Below are positions 16,788-23,379 of a DNA stretch of 64,000 bases, piece after piece. The first letter of the stretch is position 1; each line of letters starts with the position of its first letter. Made by a program: the position numbers and the translations under genes. A model generated the notes under the pieces. The model had not been told where the DNA came from. It searched no databases and was given only the letters and a program-made list of their open reading frames with translations. The stretch comes from Vicinamibacterales bacterium. Lineage in GTDB: Bacteria > Acidobacteriota > Vicinamibacteria > Vicinamibacterales > UBA8438. Location of the stretch: NCBI GenBank assembly GCA_965207595.1, contig CBDBMW010000013.1, forward strand, positions 503,497 to 567,496. Direction: 5' to 3'.

Positions 16788-19454
16788 ATGGCTGTCCTGC
16801 GCGAGTTCTGGCGTCGTTTCCGGGGCGTGCTCCGGCGCAACGCAGCCGATCACGATCTGGAGCGCGAGTTGCGCTTTCATCTCGAGCTGGCCGAGGAAGA
16901 GCTCCGCCGGCAGGGCCACTCGCGGGCCGAGGCCGCGCGGCTGGCGCGCGTGCGTCTGGGCGGAGTGCCGCAGGCCCTGGAGGCGCTGCGCGACCAGCGC
17001 GGGCTGCCGTGGCTCGACGACCTCCGGTCCGATGCTCGTGTCGCCGCTCGAACGCTGCTGCGGTCCCCCGGGTTCTCGCTCACCGCTCTCCTGACCCTGG
17101 CGGTCGGCATGAGCGCGACCACCCTCGCGTTGACGGCCGTCAACGCCGTGCTGCTCAAGCCGCTCCCGGTCCGAGCCCCCGATCGGGTCGTGGGCATCAC
17201 GGCCGTCGGAGAGCTGGCGGTCCTTCGCAACGAACCGGTGGGATACGGCGACTACGCCGATCTCGCCCGTGACGTCGCCGCGTTCGAATCCGTGGTCGCC
17301 CACCGCCGCATGGGAGCGGTGGTCGGCACCGGACTGGACCGCAGGATCGCGATCGGCGAAGAGGCCTCGCCCGACTACTTCACCACGCTCGGCGTGTCGT
17401 TCCCGCTCGGTCGCCCGTTCGACGAAGGCGACCCGCCGGGTGGGGTGGTCGTTCTGGGTCACGCCGCGTGGCGCCGGCACTTCGGGGCCGATCCCCGGAT
17501 TGTCGGCCGGGAGCTGGCGATCGGCGATCGGCGGCGCACGGTCATCGGGATTGCCCCGGAGGGGTTCACCGGGCTGTTCCGCGGGGTCGCACCGGAGTTC
17601 TGGCAGCCGCTCGACGACGCCGGCGGCGAGTCGGCCGACGACCGCGGGCAACCGGAGTGGTGGGTGCACGCCCGGTTGCGGGACGGCGCGACGGTCGAGC
17701 AGGCTCGCACGCAGGTTGCCGTCCTGGCCGATGCGCTCTCCCGGCGATATCCGCAGTCGAACGCCGATCGCACCCTGGCGCTCACGCCGCTGTCGGAGGC
17801 GTCCGTTCACCCCGTCGTGTCGAGGGCCCTGGCCCGGTTCGGAGCCGCCGGCGTCCTCGCGGTCGCGCTGCTCCTGCTGCTGGTCTGCGCGGTCAACGTC
17901 GCGCACCTCGTGCTCGCCCGGGCCGTCGACGGCCAGCGCGAGGTCGCCATCCGACTGGCGGTGGGAGCCAATCGCTGGCGGATCGTTCGTCCGTTGCTCG
18001 CCGAGGGCATCCTGCTCACGGGCTTCGCGGCGGCCGGCGCGTTGCTCCTGACCGCGTGGGTCGGGCCGCTGCTCGGCGAGATCCGACTGCCGGGGGTGCC
18101 GGCCGCCATCGATCTTCACCTGGTGCCCGACTGGCGCGTCTTCGGCCTCACGGCGATCGTCGTCCTCGGGTCGACCCTGGTCTCCTCGCTCGGGCCGGCG
18201 TTGCGGATCTCGTCGGGCCTCTCCATCGTCGAGACGCTCAAGACCGACTCGCGCGCATCCGCGGCCGGCGGAGCCACGAGGTGGCGCATGCTGCTGATTG
18301 CCGGCCAGGCCACGACCGCGGTGCTGCTGCTGGTGGTCGGCGGCCTCGCGCTGCGCAGCCTTCTCACCGTGGTGCAGGTCGACCCCGGCTTCGAGACGCG
18401 CGGCGTCGCGGTCGCGAGCGTCGCCCCGGCGCTGGTCGGCCACGACCAGGACGAGGCGTCCCGCTACCTGTCGCGCGCGGCCGCCGCCGTCCGGGAGCTT
18501 CCCGACGTCGAGGCCGCGGGGTGGATTCAGCCGGTCCCCCTGTCGCTGAGCGTTCGACTCGCCCGACTGCGCCTGACCGGAGACGACAGCGCGGCAGCGC
18601 ACGATCTTCCGCTCGTCGACGCCGGGATAGCCGGTCCCGGCGCCTTCGGAGCGCTTCGGGTGCCGGTGATCGAAGGGCGCGAGTTCGACGCCGCGGACCG
18701 CTCGGGCGCGGTCGAGGTCGCGCTCGTGAACGACGCGTTCGTCCGCCGCTTCTGGCCCGACCGGCAGGCCCTCGGCCGGCGCATCGGGGTGGGCTTTCCG
18801 GAGACTCGGACCGTGGAGGTCGTGGGCGTGGTGGGCGATTTCCGGAACCGCACGCTCGGGGACGTCGCGCGACCCATGGTGTTCACGTCGATCCTGCAGG
18901 ACCCGTCGGGTTGGCAGGCCGCGGCGCTGGTCGTGCGACGGTCGCCCGCCGGTCCGCCGCGGATGGTGCATCTCGTCGACGCGCTGCGCGCGATCGATCC
19001 GGCGGTGCCCGTGTACGACGTGCAGCCGCTCACCGCGCGCATCGGCGGCGTCCTCCTGTTGCCCCGGTATGCCGCGGCGGCCTTTGGCGGGACCGGCGTT
19101 CTCGCGCTGGGACTGGTCGTGCTCGCACTGTATGGAACCGTATCGCTGTCCGTCAGGCTCCGGCTGCGCGAGCTGAGCGTGCGCATGGCGCTCGGCAGCT
19201 CCCGGACGGCCATCGTGCGGCTGGTCATGCGGCAGGCCCTCGTGCCGGTCGTGGCCGGCGTCGGGCTCGGCCTGGTCGCGGCGCTGGGGGCGGCCCGTGT
19301 CCTGACCGCGCTGCTCTACGGCGTGTCACCCCACGACCCCGCCACGCTGGCGGCGGCCGCCCTCACGCTGTTGGCGACGACGACGGCGGCCGGCGCGTAT
19401 CCCGCGTGGCGCGCCACGCGCACGAACCTCATGCGCTCGCTCCAGGGCGAATGA
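16788..19454 (+). CDS. ADOP-family permease with N-terminal 'permease prefix' extension
   Basis: 888 aa. The N-terminus MAVLREFWRRFRGVLRR...LERELRFHLELAEEELRRQGHS is followed by two FtsX-like modules. Confidence 0.85.
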   Translation: MAVLREFWRRFRGVLRRNAADHDLERELRFHLELAEEELRRQGHSRAEAARLARVRLGGVPQALEALRDQRGLPWLDDLRSDARVAARTLLRSPGFSLTALLTLAVGMSATTLALTAVNAVLLKPLPVRAPDRVVGITAVGELAVLRNEPVGYGDYADLARDVAAFESVVAHRRMGAVVGTGLDRRIAIGEEASPDYFTTLGVSFPLGRPFDEGDPPGGVVVLGHAAWRRHFGADPRIVGRELAIGDRRRTVIGIAPEGFTGLFRGVAPEFWQPLDDAGGESADDRGQPEWWVHARLRDGATVEQARTQVAVLADALSRRYPQSNADRTLALTPLSEASVHPVVSRALARFGAAGVLAVALLLLLVCAVNVAHLVLARAVDGQREVAIRLAVGANRWRIVRPLLAEGILLTGFAAAGALLLTAWVGPLLGEIRLPGVPAAIDLHLVPDWRVFGLTAIVVLGSTLVSSLGPALRISSGLSIVETLKTDSRASAAGGATRWRMLLIAGQATTAVLLLVVGGLALRSLLTVVQVDPGFETRGVAVASVAPALVGHDQDEASRYLSRAAAAVRELPDVEAAGWIQPVPLSLSVRLARLRLTGDDSAAAHDLPLVDAGIAGPGAFGALRVPVIEGREFDAADRSGAVEVALVNDAFVRRFWPDRQALGRRIGVGFPETRTVEVVGVVGDFRNRTLGDVARPMVFTSILQDPSGWQAAALVVRRSPAGPPRMVHLVDALRAIDPAVPVYDVQPLTARIGGVLLLPRYAAAAFGGTGVLALGLVVLALYGTVSLSVRLRLRELSVRMALGSSRTAIVRLVMRQALVPVVAGVGLGLVAALGAARVLTALLYGVSPHDPATLAAAALTLLATTTAAGAYPAWRATRTNLMRSLQGE

Positions 19455-19479
19455 GCGCGCGGACCCGGCGAGAAGACCC

Positions 19480-22179
19480 ATGGCTGTCCTGCGCGAGTTC
19501 TGGCGTCGCTTCCGGGGCGTGCTCCGGCGCGACCCGGCCGACCAGGATCTCGAGCGCGAGCTGCGCTTTCATCTGGAACTGGCCGAGGAGGAGCTCCGCG
19601 GGCAGGGCCACTCGCGGGCCGAGGCCGCGCGGATGGCGCGGGTGCGCCTGGGCGGCGTTCCGCAGGCGCTGGAGGCGCTGCGCGACCAGCGCGGGCTGCC
19701 GTGGCTCGACGACCTGCGCACGGATGTCCGCATCGGCGCGCGCGGGCTGGCCCGGCGGCCCGGATTCACGGCGGCGGCGGCGCTGACGCTGGCGATCGGC
19801 ATCGGCGCCACGGCCGCGGTGGCCGCCGTTGCGAACAGCCTGCTCTTCGAGCCGCTGCCGGTGCCCGACCCGGACGAGCTCGTCATCGTCGCGCAACTCG
19901 ACGAGCACAGCGCCGAGTTCCCGCACGCCCTGTCCTATCCCGAGTACCTCGACTACCGGGAGCGCAGCGACGTCCTCGACGGTCTGGCCGCACACACCGC
20001 GGCGGAGGAGCTCCTGTCGATAGGCGGCCGGGCGGCGGAGCGCGTCTGGATCGAGTACGTCAGCGACAACTACTTCGACGTCCTGCAGGTGGAGGCGGAG
20101 CGTGGCCGCACGTTCCGGCCGGGTGAGGGACGCCGCCCCGGCGACGCGCCATTCGTCGTGTTGTCGCACGAAGCCTGGCGGACGCGGTTCGGAGGCGATC
20201 CGGCCGTCGTCGGTCAGGCCGTGCGCCTCGGACCGGCCAGCATGACGGTCATCGGGGTCGCCCCGGAGCCTTTCGTCGGAACGTACGGCCTGGTACCGAT
20301 AGAGGTTTTCGTCCTCGCCACCGAGGGCGCGCTCATCGAGCCGGGGTGGACGGATCTCCTGACCAACCGCCTGGCGGAGTCCTTCGTGCTGACGGGACGC
20401 CTGCGGCCCGGCGTCTCCGTAGGCGAGGCGGCCGCGCAGCTCGACGTCCTGGCCGACGCGCAGGCCGCAGAGCACCCGGACGCCAGCCGCCACTCCCGGC
20501 TCTACGTCGTTTCGGAGCGTCAGGGGCGACCCTTCCCGGGCGCGTCGCGCCACACGGCGCCGCTCATGACCGTCGTGATGGGCCTGGCGTCGCTCGTGCT
20601 GCTCATCGCCGTCGCCAACGTCGGGACGCTCATGGTGGGGCGCGGCATCGCGCGCCGGCGCGAGATCGCCCTGCGTACGGCCCTGGGGGCGACCCGGCGC
20701 CGGCTCATGCGCCAGTTGGTCACCGAGAGCCTGCTCCTGGCGCTCATGGGGGGAGCGGGCGGCGGGCTGGTCGCGGTCTGGGCGGCGGACCTCTTCGTCG
20801 CAGGGGCTGCCTCCGCCGCGGGGATCGAGCGGCTGCTGGTCGACCCGACGATCGACTGGCGGGTGTTCGGATTCACGGCCGCCGCCGCGCTCGCGACCGG
20901 CGTGCTGACCGGCCTCGCGCCGGCGTTGCGCTCGACGCGGATCGACCCGGCCCGCACCGTCGGCGGGGGCGGTCGCGGCGAGGGTGCGGGTGCTCCCGAG
21001 CGCCGTCTCACGAACGGGCTCGTCGTGGTGCAGATCGCCGTCTCGATGGTGCTCCTGGTCTGCGCCGGACTCTTCGTGCAGAGCGGCCGGAACGCCGGCG
21101 CGATCGACGTCGGGTTCCGGACCGACGACCTGCTGGTGCTCACGGTCGACCCGCTCGCACAGGGGTACGACCCGCCACGGGCCCGTGCGCTGTTCCAGCG
21201 GATCGCCGCCGACGTCGGCGCTCTGCCCGGAATCCGGTCGGCGAGTTGGGCGCGCCGGGCGCCGGTGGCGCGGGGCAGCAGCTCGGGGAGCGTGGGCACC
21301 CTGGACGGCGGTACCGCGCCCGAGCCCGACCGGGCCATCGTCGCCGTCAACCACGTCGATCCGGGCTTCTTCGAGACCGTCGGCATTCCGCTGATCCGCG
21401 GGCGTGGTTTCCGGGAGGACGACGCGGCCGGCGACCGGCGGGTGGCGGTCGTCAGCGAACGCGCGGCGCGGCAGTTCTGGCCGGGCGAGGACGCGGTCGG
21501 CCGGCGCATCGTCAACCCGGAAACGGGAGGGACACCGTTCGAGGTCGTTGGCGTCGCGCGCGACGCGCACATGTCGCAGTCACCCTTCGACCGGCCGCCC
21601 TTCGTTCTGTACCCCTTCGGGCCCCGGCTGGCGGGCCCGGCGACCCTGCACGTGCACGCCGACGGGCCGCCGGCCGTCGTGTCGGCCATGGTCGCCGAGG
21701 TGGTGCGTCGCCACGACCCGACGCTGGCGCTCCTGGATGCCGGCAGCATGGACGCCGAGGTGCGCTCGATGCCGATGCTGGTGAGCACGCGCGTCGGCGC
21801 GGCCGCGATCGGGGCCTTCGGGATGCTCGGCCTGCTTCTTGCCGTCGTGGGACTCTACGGCGTCGTGTCGCACGCGGTGGTCCGACGGCGCCACGAGTTC
21901 GGCATCCGCACCGCGGTCGGCGCGACCCCGGCCGCGATCCTCAGGCTCGCGCTCGGCCGCGGCATCGCGCTCACGCTGCTCGGCGTGGGGGTCGGAGCGA
22001 TCGCAGCGACCGGTGCGGCGAGGCTCGTTGCCGGCTTTCTCGTCGACGTCGGGCCGGACGAGCCCGTCGTCTTCGCCGTCGTGGGCTTCCTGCTGGCGGG
22101 CACGGCTCTGGCCGCCTGTCTCGTGCCGTCCCGCCGCGCCGCGAAGGCCGACCCGCTCGCGACCCTGCGCGAGGGTTAG
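19480..22179 (+). CDS. ADOP-family permease with N-terminal 'permease prefix' extension (tandem paralog)
   Basis: 899 aa. The first ~95 aa are near-identical to the preceding gene, and the remainder is much more diverged. Confidence 0.85.
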   Translation: MAVLREFWRRFRGVLRRDPADQDLERELRFHLELAEEELRGQGHSRAEAARMARVRLGGVPQALEALRDQRGLPWLDDLRTDVRIGARGLARRPGFTAAAALTLAIGIGATAAVAAVANSLLFEPLPVPDPDELVIVAQLDEHSAEFPHALSYPEYLDYRERSDVLDGLAAHTAAEELLSIGGRAAERVWIEYVSDNYFDVLQVEAERGRTFRPGEGRRPGDAPFVVLSHEAWRTRFGGDPAVVGQAVRLGPASMTVIGVAPEPFVGTYGLVPIEVFVLATEGALIEPGWTDLLTNRLAESFVLTGRLRPGVSVGEAAAQLDVLADAQAAEHPDASRHSRLYVVSERQGRPFPGASRHTAPLMTVVMGLASLVLLIAVANVGTLMVGRGIARRREIALRTALGATRRRLMRQLVTESLLLALMGGAGGGLVAVWAADLFVAGAASAAGIERLLVDPTIDWRVFGFTAAAALATGVLTGLAPALRSTRIDPARTVGGGGRGEGAGAPERRLTNGLVVVQIAVSMVLLVCAGLFVQSGRNAGAIDVGFRTDDLLVLTVDPLAQGYDPPRARALFQRIAADVGALPGIRSASWARRAPVARGSSSGSVGTLDGGTAPEPDRAIVAVNHVDPGFFETVGIPLIRGRGFREDDAAGDRRVAVVSERAARQFWPGEDAVGRRIVNPETGGTPFEVVGVARDAHMSQSPFDRPPFVLYPFGPRLAGPATLHVHADGPPAVVSAMVAEVVRRHDPTLALLDAGSMDAEVRSMPMLVSTRVGAAAIGAFGMLGLLLAVVGLYGVVSHAVVRRRHEFGIRTAVGATPAAILRLALGRGIALTLLGVGVGAIAATGAARLVAGFLVDVGPDEPVVFAVVGFLLAGTALAACLVPSRRAAKADPLATLREG

Positions 22180-22392
22180 CCCGACTTGCTACGCAGGCGG
22201 GAAGGTCGAGCGCTCCCGGTCGGGAAGAGTGGAGGTGCCGTGCGGCCGAGATCATGTGGTCGCGGTCATCCCGATCCGCGATCCGGGACCGGAGGAAGAC
22301 GCGGCCGGACGTGCACTTGGGTGGTGGCGTTCGTTCTCCCACCAAAACCGCGCCTTCATCTGTGGCCTCAACGACCTCGTGAGGCCAAAGAT

Positions 22393-22425
22393 GACACGAG
22401 TTTCGTGTGCCACTATCTTCGTGTC
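22393..22425 (+). promoter_or_regulatory. Candidate antitoxin operator/promoter: three GACACGA/TCGTGTC half-sites flanking a TATCTT -10-like hexamer
   Basis: GACACGA at 22393-22399, TCGTGT at 22403-22408 (inverted, 3-nt gap), TATCTT at 22414-22419, and TCGTGTC at 22419-22425 abutting the ATG at 22426. Confidence 0.45.
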
Positions 22426-22830
22426 ATGAAGAACGTCACCGTAACGCTGCCGGAGGAGACGGCGCTGTGGCTGCGGGTCCGGGCCGCGGAGGCGAACCGT
22501 AGTGTGTCGAGCTGGCTGGCGGAGGTCGTTGAAGGGATGAAGCGCCGCGAGGACGACTATCGGGTCGCGATGTCGCGCGCGCTCGCGAGGAAGCCACGGA
22601 AGATGGCGTGGGTCGATGGCCGGAAGCCGACCCGGGAGGAGCTACATGACCGGGCCGGTCTTCGTCGACACCAGCGTCCTGGTCTACCGGGCCGATGCGT
22701 CGGATCCCGTCAGACAGTCCCGCGCCGACGCCTGGTACCGGTTCCTTTGGCGATCGCGAGCCGGCACGTAAGCTATGACCGTAATCCGATATGGCATACT
22801 GCCAAGATGACGACCATGGTCCCCGAGTAG
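22426..22830 (+). CDS. Ribbon-helix-helix (VapB-like) antitoxin; 3' end probably aberrant
   Basis: MKNVTVTLPEETALWLRVRAAEANRSVSSWLAEVV is a typical RHH N-terminus, followed by ...PTREELHDR. The frame runs on to 22830 across the truncated toxin and into lower-GC DNA, so roughly the last 60 codons are unlikely to be native. Confidence 0.6.
   Translation: MKNVTVTLPEETALWLRVRAAEANRSVSSWLAEVVEGMKRREDDYRVAMSRALARKPRKMAWVDGRKPTREELHDRAGLRRHQRPGLPGRCVGSRQTVPRRRLVPVPLAIASRHVSYDRNPIWHTAKMTTMVPE
22646..22771 (+). pseudogene. Truncated PIN-domain (VapC-like) toxin remnant, 41 codons
   Basis: MTGPVFVDTSVLVYRADASDPVRQSRADAWYRFLW matches a PIN N-terminus (first acidic residue in FVDTSV). It stops at TAA 22769-22771, whereas an intact PIN domain is about 130 aa. 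GC drops immediately afterwards. Confidence 0.65.
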
Positions 22831-22953
22831 CTCCCGCGACCAGATCGTCTAATGCCCTGTGTGAGGCGGTGGCATGCTCACGGAGGTCGAGATGGCCGAG
22901 GCGGCGTATGCCGAAGCATCGAGAAACGAACGTGCTCCGACGGGTGTCAGGTG

Positions 22954-23184
22954 ATGGAAGCGGACTGGCCAACGATTGCCGTACTGGTTGCGATTGGGGG
23001 GCTGTTGTGGCGTCAGATCGCATCACAAGGCGTCGATATCCGGGCGTTGGCCGGGCGCGTCGATGCGCTCGGTCTTCAGGTAGCCGATGTGGATCGTCGA
23101 CTGGCTCGTCTGGAAGGCTGGATTGAGGGCGAGCGAGCGGGTCGCGCTCACCAGGGCCCAGTGCCTGGTGATCAGGAAGCCTGA
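22954..23184 (+). CDS. Small N-terminally membrane-anchored coiled-coil protein (hypothetical)
   Basis: 76 aa: MEADWPTIAVLVAIGGLLWRQI (TM) then IRALAGRVDALGLQVADVDRRLARLEGWIEG (heptad-like). The architecture resembles the protein at 51751-52083. The gene lies in the lower-GC island. Confidence 0.4.
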   Translation: MEADWPTIAVLVAIGGLLWRQIASQGVDIRALAGRVDALGLQVADVDRRLARLEGWIEGERAGRAHQGPVPGDQEA

Positions 23185-23379
23185 ACGGGCGGCGCGAGCC
23201 GCCTGAGACTCTGACGCGTCGTCGACCGCAGGCGTCGGTCAGGAGCGCACGACGACGATTCGCCGTGCCAGGTACGCACTACGTGGTAGGGCGGCCCATC
23301 CGGACTTCCGGCCCCGACCGGTCCTCCTGAGGGTCCGCGCCTCCCGCTGGGAGGCGGCTCCGCTCGACGGCGCAGTCTC

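Noticed and set aside
17282-17291. tRNA T-arm-like string gttcgaatcc
   Set aside because: It lies in frame inside the ADOP permease CDS (AAFESVV), with no cloverleaf context. I saw no tRNA or rRNA anywhere in the window.
22874-22954. 26-codon ORF (MLTEVEMAEAAYAEASRNERAPTGVR) overlapping the start of the small TM protein gene
   Set aside because: It is too short and has no recognisable features. It lies in decayed low-GC DNA and cannot be supported from sequence alone.
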